Below, piece after piece: positions 13,782 to 26,215 of a DNA stretch of 64,000 nucleotides; position 1 is the first letter of the stretch; the number at the start of each line of letters is the position of its first letter. Made by a program: the position numbers and the translations under genes. The stretch is from positions 12,772,001 to 12,836,000 of the forward strand of contig CM120649.1 of assembly GCA_051362555.1 (NCBI GenBank). Direction: 5' to 3'. Below the pieces are notes generated by a model that saw only the letters and a list, made by a program, of their open reading frames with translations, ran no database searches and was not told the origin of the DNA. The DNA is from Lingula anatina. Lineage: Eukaryota > Animalia > Brachiopoda.

Positions 13782-16700
13782 GTAGGGTTATGCTAAACTG
13801 ATGGATGATCCAGAGATGCAGCATCTTATCCCAGCACACATCAAGGGAAAGAAGAGGGAAATATTTGGAAACATTGAAGATATTTATACATTTCATCATG
13901 AGTAGGTGGTCCATAAACATTTTAGAATAATTGAAAATTTTCAGCTTACAGATGTAGATGTATTGTTATCTTATCAAGTAGGTTTTTATATTATTTGATA
14001 CTTTCTTTTCAAAATGCACCTTTCAAAATCATGATTACTCCTGTTAACAATTCTTTATTTACTTAAAAGGCCAATTTATTTTCTCAATATTGATAAAATG
14101 TAATTTAAATGATAACAATTTTGAAATTGTGTTATTTGCAATATTCGTGCTCAATTATGTCAGAGGGTAAAATTGTGTTTTTAAAAATGCTGGCAGGATG
14201 TAGTTTAAATTGGATAATTTAGATTTCTGATCACATGCTTTTTCTTTCATTCACAGCGAGTTTCTCAAGGATCTAGAGAACTGTCAGAACACGCCAAGTT
14301 TGGTGGGAAGGTGCTTTGTAGATAGGGTAAGTCATGGAGTCAGTATTTATCTCAAGAAAGGACAGTTTTCACATATCCCCCTCTTCCTGACCTTAAGATT
14401 TGTTCATCATGTCAAATCCACAAAAATCAAGAATGAATTCAAACAAAAATAAATAAATAAATGATTGTGTTTCTTCCATACTTCCTAAGAGAAACTGGTC
14501 AGATGGATTCTTTGGCCATATCACAATATTTTGTCTTCTGTGATATCTGTATCTTTCAAAAATACTTCTTGACAACATGTTTGAATTTTTTTTAAAGTTC
14601 AAATTTTGTCAAATTTAGCCCAAGAGTGTAGAGATTTTCTCTTTAACTTTATGCATTGAGAGAAATTCGAAATATACAACTACAGATTATCCAATCAAAT
14701 GATCTTTTACATTTGAAAACAGAGAGAAGAGTTTCAAATGTACAGCTACTATTGCCAGAATAAGCCTAGGTCAGAAGCGCTGAGGCAAGAGGCGGGCGAT
14801 CACAATTCATTCTTCAAGGTTTGTAAATAAATATTCCCACTACATTGGATCAAAACTAACTTGCAATGTTGTTTGATAATTTCTAAAATACTAGTCATAA
14901 ACTGTGAGTTTGGTTGAAGATTTTCCTAAATATGTTTGGTTGTTTATCTGATTTTTTGTTTGAATTAATGATGTTAAAATAATGAAATGCTACCTATTGG
15001 ATAAATATGGGGGTTGAAATTTATGAGTAATTACTTTAGATAAATTTGAAATATTACTAAATAATTAAATTGTATTTTTGAAGGAATGTCAAAGGCGGTT
15101 GGACCATAAATTGCCATTGGGCGCTTACTTGTTAAAGCCAGTCCAAAGAATTACCAAATACCAGTTGCTTTTAAGGGTAAGTTTATATCTGTAAAATGTG
15201 AATAGTTTTCCATATCTTTTGATAACAGTAGATTTTTTTACTCCAATATATAGGTACTTGGATGTTAATTACAATGAATTGGTACCATGAAATGAAATAT
15301 CCTGTATGTTGAGGGTATATTTTTTTCTTTATGATTAAGTCATATGGATTAAAATTTTCATTATGTAGCCATATTTTTAAACGATAATTTGATAAAAAGA
15401 AAATTCCCTGAAGTTATGTTTTTCACATTTTGACAAAATTCAAGTTCAATAGTAGAAATATGCAGTTAAGTAAACTTTGATATACCTGCCCAAGGCTTAG
15501 ATTTGGCATTAAAAATAAAAAGCTGCAATATTTTTGGCTCGAGAACATCAAACTGGTTTACAAGCCATACAGATGAAATGGTGGGCCTCTGGCATATAAA
15601 GATAAAAACTTGTCTGACTCTACAGAATATCCCTTGGGATTATAACATTTTAAAAGTTTGAACAGGTCAGATGACTAAAATCTTCACGTGTGCATACATA
15701 TAGGCCCGTGTCCACATACATACATACACAGAGACATGAAAATTTTCTAAGTAATCAGTAGAGATTACATTTCAAAATTAGATTGAAGATAAGGTTAACA
15801 GTATAGGCATGAAAACCCACATCAAATTTAGCAACACTTTTTGATGGCAAATCTCAGAAATAAATTTTAAAACAATTTTCAAGGACTCTTAAGGCCTGCT
15901 GAAATGATCCGCCTATCATTAACACATTATCAGAGGTGGCTTAACCCATAACTTCCTGTTGGTGGAAGTGGAGTGTTCGTGTGCTGCATATAAAATGTAC
16001 GTGGCACGCTGTATTGCAGGCATGGAACGTTTATAGGTCTTTAATATGTATTTGTTATATTAATTGCTAAGTTATAGTTTGACAACATTATTTTAGTTTG
16101 TAATATATATTAGAACAGTACAATGCCTGTAACATTTTTACACTGCCTATGATCTAAATACATACATGAGTACATTACTAATTTTAATTAAAAGCCTTCA
16201 ATAACACATTGACATAAGTTGACATAAAGACTGATGTTATGAAAATTAAGACCAGTTCCCTGTCCATGTGTGTCTTGTGTGATGACACCTAAACCATCCA
16301 GGTACATCAGTCAATTTCCTGTCCAATTTAGTTTTGTCTAGACACACCTTTAGCTTCTAGCAATGTATATTTACATGTGTGCGTATTGCAATCCTGTGAT
16401 GACATTAGAGGCAGTGTTATCTAGTTCAGAATGAGAGAAGGGAATTGTATTGGAATCAATGTAGGTTCTACCAGTACTTAAAAAGTGGATGAATCCAATG
16501 TCACATGGTTACTGTAGAATCTCGATCACTTTCTGAGGACTAAAGTATATCTAGAGAGGTCTAAAGTATTGTTGAAGTCTGGTGTGATTATTGCGAAATT
16601 CCAAAGTGGAGTATGTCAGATGTCACATATGGCGTTCTACTTAGGAGCTCACTGTCGACGGACTGTGGAAATACTCATTTACGGATTGAAGAGTATTCGG

Positions 16701-19700
16701 GTAAATGAATTTAAAATGAATTTAAACTATTTGGGAAAATCAGATTAATTTGATTTTTGGGAGTTTTTTTCCTGCGGTTGAAAGTAGTTAAGAGGCAGTG
16801 ATTTGATTTGATTTGAAGGGAAGATTTTATTTGAATATTTATTTTTTTTTTAAATTTCTGTGGGGTTAAAGTTCAGTGGGTTGTGCTCTGTGATTCTCAT
16901 TTAAAATATTTATTTTTTATCTTCTGTACTTGACTGCTAGTGATGTTTTATTTTCTGTACAAAAATTTGAATGGATTTGCATCACAGAAAAAATAACTTG
17001 CAGGAAGAATCTGTGATAATAATTGTCAAATTTTATATTCAGAATTGTATTTTTGAATTTTGATACTGTCATTTCCCACTAGCTTTAAAGTATGCACATC
17101 ACTTTGTCATTAACTGTATGTTTTACGACCCTTTGTTAGTCATATTCACTTGTGAAAAATATCTTTTGTCTCATTTGTTTGTGGCTTATCACATGCATCA
17201 AGCCATCGGCTTAGTTTGGTATTCATATTAATTCGTTGAGCTAGTATAATACAAAATTTACATTAATTTACTTATTGATTTAAAGAACTTTTAAAGAACT
17301 TTCTTTAAAGAACTTTTGATATAAGCACCTACAGAATTATGTGTTAGATTGAAGCTGAAAACCAGCTAAGTTGATTGTCATACAGAGGGACATACCAGTA
17401 TAGACAGACAGATACTATATAGATGGATATTGGAAGAAAACATGTTAAATTCAATATTTATCTGCCCCATGGCTGATGTGCACTTTGCGTCCTGAAGTAC
17501 TTTATCATCTTCATTATTTCAGTGAGACAAAGAGAGAGATACAGTTGATTGCAAAGTAATATTGCAATATTGCCAATGTTAACGGGAAGCAGAAAGGCTG
17601 AAGTTAGCTTAGGACCTGTAAAGATGGAGATCAGATTTGATTAATTATTCTTTACCATTGCAATTAACAGTTGATGACCTTTGCCCTTGAGACACTTTTC
17701 TTCCAAACAAGAAAAAATCATAATTTATCAGATGATCAGTGTTAAAAAAGAAAACAGCTGTGACTGCATGCTGTGGGTGTGTCTTTGTTCCTAGTCTTTA
17801 AGAGCATATTTAGAACCGTGGACGAACAGATACCAAATATGGCGACCTACTGAAAAGCTTGCTGTTTAATTCCCAATTAAACACCGAAGAGATTCCCTGC
17901 AGGGATTTCACAACAAGCATTCAAGTGGGTCGGCCATATTTGATCTGCGGATCTGTAAATCCGCTGTCTGAGTGTGTTCTTAGAGACTAGGAAAAAATAG
18001 ACAATTGTGCAATCAACAGCTGTTGTCTAGGTATGAACTAACTGTTGCATAAACATACCAGTCCTGTAACAGATGTGGACATCTCATAAAGATGACAAAA
18101 AATAGAATGTTCCATGTAGACAGGCTGTGTTCCAAACTATTTTTACCAAAACTGTTTTTAGACTAACTCTAGAGGATAAAGAGTAATATTGTATTCAACT
18201 CGGTTGATAGAGCAGGAAAACCTGTTATCCCTCATTTAACCACCACACCTGGTGTCACCTGCTTCCCCCCCTTCTCCCCTCCCTTCCCCTCCCCTCATCT
18301 TGTTGACCACTTATTTAAGCATGGGTGATAGTTTTCAGGATTTTCAGTCTTTATTTTGAACATTTTTTACGTAGTCTAAATGCATTGTAAAATTGCAAGC
18401 AGTGTTTTCAGGATTTTCAGTCTTTACAACTTTCATCTTAAATAATGTAAAGAATTACATCGGCCGCTGGATGCAGTCAACCCTCTAACTTCCTATATTT
18501 AGTCTGAAACTTTTTGTGTAGAAAATGTACTGAATGCACCCATGGACTATAGCGTGTTTGGACTGTTCTCCTGGTCGTAACTGTCACATGGACCCTGTCT
18601 TGACGTGCATCACGTGTTGGTATGTGTATGTGTAAGGGACACAGATGGTCTAGGATAGTCCTTTGTCTCTCACGACAGCTGATTTAAAGAAGTCATTTTG
18701 CTGACTGGTGTCAGACGCTGATACTGACTCTTTAGGCATATATTCATATAGCCAGAGGTGTACTAGAGAGAGTGTAGGACATAAAAAGAGTGATTATAAG
18801 ATAGATTAAAAAACATGGCAGCATTTTTGTTTTTGGGTAAGTTGCATGTATGCTAGTGCCTTTGTGTGTTTATTAATTTTTGTGTCTGTGAAATTTATCT
18901 GGGAAATTGGTTATTTTTTAGTTATCAAGTTTATAGGGATGAGATTTTTCTATTGACAGATTTCTGGCTTTTGGGAGGCAAAATTTTATTTTTGAGATTG
19001 ATGCAGATATGAAAAAGGGAGGGTTCTGGGTCTCTATTTTCAAACTTTTTTACTAAATGGCAGCCTCATCTGAGATTGTTATTATAATGGTAGAAAAGGT
19101 TGCATGCATGTACAGAGGTAGTACTGTGGGAGCAAAAGTGTTGCACAGTTTCAGAAATCACTTCAATGTTTTTGTTGTTTTTTAATTGCCGTCCATTGAA
19201 ATCCCAACAAAAAACACCAGTTTACCAGAGGGTGGCTGAAGTGAATGTGCCTACAGGCATCATATGCATCTCCGGACATAAACATTTTAATAAAGCTCAT
19301 TTACTGCCTCTTAACACTAATGACTTTGATTGTAGTAGGCTGGATAGTCATTTTGTACAGGAGTATAAATTACATAGTTTATACAAGCAAACTATGGTGT
19401 AGTTTTATTTCAAAGAGAGTTAGTGTTAATTACGTGTTTGTCTGTTTCGGATGATCCGGCCCCCCAAACAACAATGAAAAAAAAAAAAAAAAGAAGAAGA
19501 AGAGAGAGAGAAATGATCTTTTTTATTTAGTTTTTCATTCTTTCTTTCAGGAAATGCTTAAATACACTGGCAATGACATTGGGAGTGTAGAAATCAAGGA
19601 TGCACTGGATGCTATGCTAGGTGTGGTGAAATACGTGAATGACATCATGCATCAAATAGCAATCACAGGATACAAGGTACTGGCCTCTCTCTGACCTCTG

Positions 19701-19862
19701 TCCTTAATACATGATTCTCTGACAAGTTGGAATCCCAGCCTTCTCTCTCTCTCTCTTTAATATCTCTGAAAACCTCCCTCCATGCTCTCTCTCTCTTTGT
19801 AATAATACTTGAAGTTATCAACAATTTAGTCTGCTTTATTCTCTCTCTCTCTCTCTCTCTCT

Positions 19863-19959
<97 letters not shown>

Positions 19960-22900
19960 CATTTTAAAATCCTTTTCCATTATTAAGTAAAATAATCATT
20001 TACTCTTTTATTTTAATTCCAGGGAAATTTGTCGGATTTGGGGAAGTTGCTGATGCAGGGATCCTTCAGCATGTGGACAGAGCACAAACAGAAGAAAGAC
20101 AAACTGAAAGATCTTCGCTTCAAGCCCATGCAGCGGCATGTGTTTTTGTACGAAAAGCTGATCATGTTCTGTAAAAGGAAGGACCACGACACACACGCAG
20201 ATAAGCATTCTTATATATACAAGAGTTCACTACAGGTAAGACTGGCCGAGAAATTTTTAATTATGGTTCAGAAATGTTGTGTTTATTTATTGATTGGTTG
20301 CTTAATTTGATCAATTGGTTTGTTGGTTGATTGATTGGTTAATTAACAAAAAGATGATAGATTAATTGATTTATTGATTTGTGTATTGATTCATTTATTC
20401 CTCCATTCATTCACTTAAATCAAATGTATGAATTGATAAATAAATGGTAATTCTTTTTATATGAATTAAAAAGACTATATTATTAATATCCCACTTTTGT
20501 TCTTCACTGTAGACAGCCCAAGTTGGTCTCACTGAAAATGTGAAGGGAGACAAAAGAAAGTTTGAAGTGTGGCTTCATGGTAGATCTGAAGTCTACATCA
20601 TACAGGTAGACTTTTTATCTTTGGATATTGTTAGGATTGAAGATAATTCATCTCTATCTGTTATTGGATAGCACATGGTTTAGCTGACTATAACTTTATA
20701 GATATGGTTATTTTGATACAGAAATATTGGTGTCTATGATTTAAAAGATGTTTTATAGGAATTATTTTACTTTCCAGGCTCCCACAGAAGAGGTGAAAAA
20801 GGCATGGGTGGTCGAAGTCAAGAAAGTCTTGCTCAGTCAATTTGATCAGATTAAAGGTATTGTGAATTATAACTTCATTTTTTTTTCAGTTTTTAAAAAT
20901 CTAAAATTTTAGTCAAAGCAGTAAAAAGTATCCATTATGAAAAAGAAAATGGTCATTTGTTTCAGCCTTTGTAAATAATCCTAAACATATAATAGCATGT
21001 CAAAAAACTTAAATACTGTGCTTTTTTTTTTCTCCAGAGAGAAGACAGAGAATTCTCAGTTCTAAACCTAGTGAGGTGCATGAAGAAGCTCAGAACATGA
21101 ACAGGTATGTATGTTGCCCAGCAACTTGATCAGTACAGAAAGTATTAAAACATTATGTTATGTAAGGTGATGAATCAACATTTTTGTGACTGCTAAAAAA
21201 AATAAGATCATATTTACAATCAGTTTTGAAGAGGCAATTTGAGTCTGTCTCTAAAAAAATAAGATCACATTTACAATCAGTTTTGAAGAGGCAATTTGAG
21301 TCTGTCTCTTCATTTTCAAATGTTCATACCAGTACACACATGCTTGTTGTGTTTCTGAACTTATGCAGCATTTGATTGAATTATACCAAACACAAATGTG
21401 TGTGGCCCTTCAGCGCAACCACAAAACCCAGATAACTAGATGTGTGTTTGTGATTGCTGTGGTAAACTCCTATCAAACTTATCACCAAGGGTGCATTCCC
21501 AAGAATTTAGATTGACCTAACTTCCTGGGGGTTCACGCTAAATTGCAGTCAGCCGAGCGCGCACCATAGTTAATTACCCCCTTACAGCTTTTAGTAGGCG
21601 GGACCGAGGCTTAAGCCGGCTAAGCTGACGGTAATCTAGTGAGGCTCCCCACAGGGATAGATCAATCTAAAATCTATGGGAATGGGGTCCAACTGTCAGA
21701 GTTTGATAAGCTTGCACATATTGAGATTTGAAAATGAATAAGGTAGAATGCATAGTATGTTATGGTCAGGTTGCTTCTGAATCAAGATCAATTTTTACAA
21801 TAACATCCAGCCAATGGGGTCACTTAACACAAATTTGCCCCTTGGCTTCACAACAGAAAACATCTCAATAACCTAAATTTTTGTCTTTTGCCAATTTTAG
21901 GAAAAATTCGGACAACTACCCACCTTGTAATAACAACAGCCTTCTGGTCACTCCCAGCAGTACATCGTCTGCTGACCACTCCCCTACCTCAGATGGTCAG
22001 TCTCCGGACTACGAGCAGTACACGGATGATGAGGACTGGTCATCTAATGAGTTCACCGACACTGATGAAGAGACATCTGAGGCCACCACACCCTCTGCTG
22101 TGGTAAGAGAAGAAGAGGACAATTTTCCTTTTTTAATTTTAATTTATTTTGAGGCATAAAAGTCTTACAAAACTTGAAAATTTGTCAATGTCAGGTGCCA
22201 TACACAAGTATTTTTTAAAGATATCTGATTTACGCCTACAGTATGAATCTTATTCAATGCTGAAAATGTAAAGTTTGCACTGTTAATAAAATGTACGTGA
22301 AGCTTCTTTGTCTTGTGCTGGTGTCAAAAGGAAAAAAGTATTTGATGAAATGGCCAGCAATAGACATTTAAGATTGTTGAATTTACACAAGAGTAAAGTT
22401 GACATGAGATTTCCTCCACATTAAATCCCATTGAAGTACGATTGTTTTGTATTCTCTCACCAGGTGGAGTTACCAGTCTATGTCGCCCTAGGAGATTACC
22501 AAGGTGCAGACAACACAGAGCTCTCTTTACATGAAGGAGAGGAGGTTACCGTGGTTACAATTGGTGACAGCGGTTGGTGGTTTGTGAAGTCAATTGAGAC
22601 TGAATGCCAGGGATGGACGCCTTCTACATACCTAGAACCAATCAGCCGAAGAAGCTCGCGTTCAGCAATTTCTATGACAAGTTTAGGTATGAATATGATG
22701 TACTAGGAGTAGATTTATTCCTGAATATTTTTTAATGATATGTAATATTGTGTTATTATTTGTGCCAGCATCATAACTCAAAGATTTTTCATTCAAAGTC
22801 ATATGTCAACCTACATTTTCCAGAAAAAATTTGATTGAGGGTATTTTTTTAGGAGAATTAACTTAAAATATATATGTTTATATTTCAGAATCTGGCCTGG

Positions 22901-23052
22901 GAAGCAACGGCATCCACCACGCAGTGAGCAAAAACAGTATAGGTAGCAGCACCAGTGGCGGCTGTGGCACCAGCATGGAAGGTGGCGGGGCTGGAGGAAG
23001 GGTCAAAAGTCACCAGAACCTTTTGGACCAATTAGAGGACACAGTGGTGTGA
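249..23052 (+). CDS. MCF2L: Dbl-family Rho guanine nucleotide exchange factor, MCF2L/DBS-like (5' part upstream of window); 22 coding exons in window
   Basis: Hand-spliced GT-AG exons with consistent phases: 249-365, 896-1176, 6825-6939, 7086-7208, 7761-7952, 8277-8456, 9674-9796, 12420-12527, 12782-12942, 13352-13418, 13786-13901, 14257-14326, 14723-14818, 15084-15176, 19551-19676, 20023-20235, 20513-20605, 20778-20856, 21038-21104, 21901-22102, 22464-22686, 22889-23052. Motifs: Sec14 end ([13 protein letters not shown]), spectrin repeats, DH ([39 protein letters not shown]), PH, SH3. Family call by recognition, no database search. Confidence 0.92.
629..853. mobile_element. MITE family A (PIF/Harbinger-like), copy 1
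   Basis: Imperfect TIRs, TTA target duplication on both sides; inverted copies at 21489 and 34333. Confidence 0.8.
896..1176 (+). CDS. MCF2L: GEF exon: spectrin-like region
   Basis: ttccag|GCC...AG|gtaatt; AIEKFS...ETELPNDV...VER; phase 0 to 2. Confidence 0.92.
6825..6939 (+). CDS. MCF2L: GEF exon: spectrin repeat
   Basis: ttgcag|A...CAG|gtagga; [38 protein letters not shown]. Confidence 0.92.
7086..7208 (+). CDS. MCF2L: GEF exon: spectrin repeat
   Basis: ttccag|CTG...AAG|gtatgg; 41 codons. Confidence 0.88.
7761..7952 (+). CDS. MCF2L: GEF exon: spectrin repeat
   Basis: ttccag|AAT...AAG|gttggt; [15 protein letters not shown]. Confidence 0.9.
8277..8456 (+). CDS. MCF2L: GEF exon
   Basis: ttccag|GCC...AAG|gtaagg; [13 protein letters not shown]... 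Confidence 0.9.
9674..9796 (+). CDS. MCF2L: GEF exon
   Basis: tcccag|AAT...CCG|gtgagt; [26 protein letters not shown]. Confidence 0.9.
12103..12156 (+). CDS. Putative alternative first coding exon of the GEF ([18 protein letters not shown])
   Basis: ATG in acaATG context, 18 open codons, donor CGT|gtgagt, phase 0 matches exon 12420; no obvious acceptor directly upstream. Confidence 0.5.
12420..12527 (+). CDS. MCF2L: GEF exon: linker
   Basis: tcacag|GAA...AGG|gtaagt; 36 open codons, phase 0/0. Confidence 0.82.
12782..12942 (+). CDS. MCF2L: GEF exon: linker before DH
   Basis: attcag|ACA...GG|gtaagt; phase 0 to 2. Confidence 0.85.
13352..13418 (+). CDS. MCF2L: GEF exon: DH domain start
   Basis: tttcag|T CAT GTG ATG...GAT|gtaagt; [22 protein letters not shown]. 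Confidence 0.93.
13701..13781. repeat. (AAT)12(ATT)15 self-complementary microsatellite
   Basis: Direct reading; abuts the 3' splice site at 13785. Confidence 0.9.
13786..13901 (+). CDS. MCF2L: GEF exon: DH domain
   Basis: ttgtag|GGT...GA|gtaggt; [12 protein letters not shown]. Confidence 0.93.
14257..14326 (+). CDS. MCF2L: GEF exon: DH domain
   Basis: tcacag|C...AGG|gtaagt; [23 protein letters not shown]. Confidence 0.92.
14723..14818 (+). CDS. MCF2L: GEF exon: DH domain
   Basis: aaacag|AGA...AAG|gtttgt; [17 protein letters not shown]. Confidence 0.92.
15084..15176 (+). CDS. MCF2L: GEF exon: DH domain
   Basis: ttgaag|GAA...AGG|gtaagt; [31 protein letters not shown]. Confidence 0.94.
16629..16700 (+). 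CDS. Putative alternative first coding exon of the GEF ([24 protein letters not shown])
   Basis: catATGg start, 24 open codons, donor CGG|gtaaat, phase 0 matches exon 19551. Confidence 0.4.
17753..18024. mobile_element. Old palindromic MITE in GEF intron
   Basis: Long imperfect inverted arms (aacagctg...ttcctagtct...caaatatggc versus gccatatttg...agactaggaa...cagctgtt). Confidence 0.65.
19551..19676 (+). CDS. MCF2L: GEF exon: DH domain end
   Basis: tttcag|GAA...AAG|gtactg; EMLKYT...[14 protein letters not shown]. Confidence 0.93.
19841..19956. repeat. Compound microsatellite (CT)n(AT)n(T)n
   Basis: Direct reading. Other SSRs: (GT)n ~1191, (AG)n ~9944, (TATT)n ~12726, (GT)n ~13016. Confidence 0.9.
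20023..20235 (+). CDS. MCF2L: GEF exon: PH domain
   Basis: ttccag|GGA...CAG|gtaaga; [13 protein letters not shown]...[14 protein letters not shown]. Confidence 0.94.
20513..20605 (+). CDS. MCF2L: GEF exon: PH domain
   Basis: ctgtag|ACA...CAG|gtagac; [17 protein letters not shown]. Confidence 0.93.
20778..20856 (+). CDS. MCF2L: GEF exon: PH C-terminal helix
   Basis: ttccag|GCT...G|gtattg; [18 protein letters not shown]. Confidence 0.92.
21038..21104 (+). CDS. MCF2L: GEF exon: linker
   Basis: ctccag|AG...AG|gtatgt; phase 1 to 2 bridges the neighbouring exons. Confidence 0.82.
21193..21309. repeat. ~58-bp tandem duplication in intron
   Basis: ctaaaaaaa..taagatca.atttacaatcagttttgaagaggcaatttgagtctgtct twice. 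Confidence 0.85.
21489..21689. mobile_element. MITE family A, copy 2 (opposite orientation)
   Basis: Reverse-complement match to 629-853; CAA 3-bp TSD. Confidence 0.8.
21901..22102 (+). CDS. MCF2L: GEF exon: Ser-rich/acidic linker
   Basis: ttttag|G...GTG|gtaaga; [10 protein letters not shown]. Confidence 0.87.
22464..22686 (+). CDS. MCF2L: GEF exon: SH3 domain
   Basis: caccag|GTG...G|gtatga; YVALGDY...ELSL...GWW...GWTPSTYL. Confidence 0.93.
22889..23052 (+). CDS. MCF2L: GEF last coding exon ending LEDTVV*
   Basis: tttcag|AA TCT...GTG GTG TGA; phase 1 matches SH3 exon. Confidence 0.87.
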
Positions 23053-23166
23053 GGTGGCCAGTCTGGCCAATGGTCATTCTGACATAGTGAGCAGTGAGGA
23101 TATATGACCAGTGATATGTCCAGTACTAACCAGTAACCACAAGTTTGAGTGCTTTAAGAACAACAG

Positions 23167-23298
23167 CAGGGGCATATTGAGGCTGCCCTCTGGGTCTTCT
23201 GGAAGACAGATTTCTGTCGGAAGGTGGTAAAAAAAGGAGGATGGATGAACAAAGATAATTTGGAAGACTGTCAGAAATTATCTCTGGATCCGCCCCAG
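23167..23298. mobile_element. Degraded hAT-like MITE in GEF 3'UTR
   Basis: Similar to 60309-60476 (ctgggtctt..ggaagac, tctgtcggaag, ctggatccgcccc). Confidence 0.65.
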
Positions 23299-23544
23299 AA
23301 CAGGGGCAGTATGTTGGTCATAATCCATTTGAAATATTCAAAAACCATGCAGTGACATTTTTGTGACCCAGCGTAAAAAGAAAAGAGGGAGATAAAAGCT
23401 TTATCTATTTAAAGTACTGGTAGATGCAAAATTTAGTGTACAAACGAGAGGAAGCATGCAAACACTGACAGGGTTGCTGTACACTGTATGTGGCTTATGT
23501 ATCCAAATCAAAGTGATCCTAAAAGCAAGTGCTCACATGATTAT

Positions 23545-23660
23545 GATGTCCCTGTGTGATGTCACCATGTGATGTCATGGCTAAACCCATGTGATGTCAC
23601 AGCTATACCCATGTGATGTCACAGCTATACCCTGTGATGTCACAATTATACCCGATGTCA
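23545..23660. repeat. Short minisatellite (~21-bp unit with TGATGTCA) in GEF 3'UTR
   Basis: cccatgtgatgtcacagctata-type units, about 5-6 copies. Confidence 0.75.
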
Positions 23661-26215
23661 GAATATTTAAGAGCACATTTTCAGTTACTATCATAGTTTT
23701 GATATGTGTCCTAAAGATTTTTTATCTTGGATATGTACACATGCACTTCTATGGTGCAGCAATGTCTTGTTTTATTTCTGTTGTTATTTTTTTCTACACA
23801 GTCATGATGTATGATTATTGCCATGCAATTATGATGTAATGTATGCAACATCCACTGTTGGGTCTGTTTTCAGTTGAAAAGTTTGAGGGCTTCTTATGAT
23901 ATAAACATGTATACAGTATATATGACAATATTTATTCAGGTAATCATGTTCACTTTACTTGTTCTCATGATATACACGGTATCTAATTGATATAATGTGG
24001 TAATATTGATGATGTCATAATTGTGGTAGCCATGGTACCATCCAAAAGTGCACAACATGTGGTGACATCATTGCTTTTTGTGCCTTGATGTTGTCAAGAA
24101 TTTCAACCAGCATGTGTATCGTTTTTGGATTTTTATAGGAAACCAAGAGTAAGATCAATACTTCAAGTCATGGTGTAAGAAGAATTGTGAGCTTTGCTTT
24201 GGATGCTAGCACATTCCAGCTTTAATTTTTTTTCAAACAGTAAAAATATTTGCTTCATTTAATTTTGCTTATATGTGCATATTATATGCCATAAATGTTT
24301 ACAGAATTTTAGAAATACCATTCCAGTGTAGTCTTCTAAAAAGAAAAGGATTCCTCTTTATGAAAAAAGTATATTTTCTTTTGAAGATTTCTGTCACAGC
24401 CAACAGCTTATGATGAGCACATTTATATGTACAGATACTAGAACCGAAAAGAGACATTTGATGATATTTTTTCCAAATTATAAAGTTAAGTCGCTACGAA
24501 TGGTCATTTCAAATTTTATGAAAATTTTGACATATCTGTGATTTGCTATGCATTAACTACATGTGCTTTTACTGTAGTTAATTTATTTTATCTGAAGTCA
24601 AAAAGGTGGAGAAATTGACACACTTAAAAAGTAAAAAGTAATTTTGAATGATTCCTAGATGGATTGAAACATGAAAAGAAGAAAACATAGATATTCCCAA
24701 ACTTCAGAGTATTGAGAAATACATTCCCAGTCTGATCGTTATATGTGGTGAGAATAATATATATGTACTGGTAGAAATGCTGTTGTGAAAACTTTTCAAC
24801 AGAGATGATAATATTAAATTATTATAGAAATGATAGGTCTTTATTTGAAATGTGATATATATATATATATATACCTGTATTTTCTGAGAGTTGAAATGTT
24901 TTGATCAGATCTCAAGGGGGGGAATACATTCCTACATGATATGATCCCAAATGTACAGGTGTTACCTTTGTCATAACTAATATAAATTTTCATAATACGG
25001 TAATTACTAACAAATTTTGAACCCCCTATATTGTCAAGATGTATTACTTTTAGAGACTGAGTCTAAAAAGGTTGTGTTTAAGATGGTTCTGTAATGATAC
25101 CCTTCAGGAATAAATATTGGCGATGTGAAATATCGGGTCTTAAATAATTAAAACCAAGCAGAATATGGTAATTACTATAAAAAATTAAGAAGTAATTTGT
25201 ACCCGTTATCATGTTAAACAGAAATAGTGCAGATGTGTGTTTTATGAGGGCAACTGAAATATTTGCACTTGTCAATGTGCTTTTCACATATCGTCAGTCT
25301 TAAGGGATACATGTGCAATTTGGTATACAAGTCAAACAGCTGAGTGTATGTTATTTATGTCCATTATACTTTAATTTGTTAAGTTGTAAAGCTTGCTTTT
25401 CAGTGGATTTATGTAAATGAAAAAGTGAAAGTGAACTATGTACATGTATGTATATTCTGTAATGCATATGCACTGCACTTGCTTGTATATATAAAAGTAT
25501 AATTTGTGGTATTTATTAACAACACTGCCGTTTTGTAAATAGACAATATGTATTTTTCTCTCTTTCGGCAGATACAGCTGTTAAAATCAATTGGGAATTT
25601 GAGATCAGATTGATTATTTTTATTTTTTGCTTGAGCTTTGGCTTTCCTTGCATTTTATTTTGACAGTGATAATGTTTAATATGTTGATATGTTGATCCTT
25701 GTTAGATATTGATTCCGTACATGTACGCGTATTACGACAAGTGCGTGGTGCGAGTGCAAAGTAAATCGATCATTTCTGGGACATATTATGTGTACTTGTA
25801 TGTGCTTGAAGCTTCATAAGTATTTTCATTCATATACAAATAAGTGCTTCTTATATAATTACTACATGTAGTACTCTGAAAACGTGCATTACACTAGAAC
25901 TGTGGCATTCTTTTCATTTTGTAAATTGAATCATTACACTTTTTTGCAAAGTCCTAAAATTTGTGAAGGGATTGGAATACTTTTGTGTTTCAATCCCATT
26001 AGTGCTTCTTAGAGGCTTCAATCTTAGATGCCAAGCCGTTTCGTGTTTCGGCATGGGATCGCCAGAAAATTAGAAATAACAAGCTGGTCTGGTCATTAGA
26101 ATTACTTATTTTCTTTTGGTGCCATGTTATGTATAGGTGCATGCAATATACGTCTTTGTACACTTGTATATTGACATTTGTATTGATGTCGTCCATAGTG
26201 TGAAACGTGGAGGGA

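Noticed and set aside
19663-19990. ORFs with YIYI, ERER and FFFF
   Set aside because: Microsatellite translations.
25440-25545. Pumilio-type TGTAHATA motifs in the GEF 3'UTR
   Set aside because: Expected by chance in AT-rich UTR; no conservation data available.
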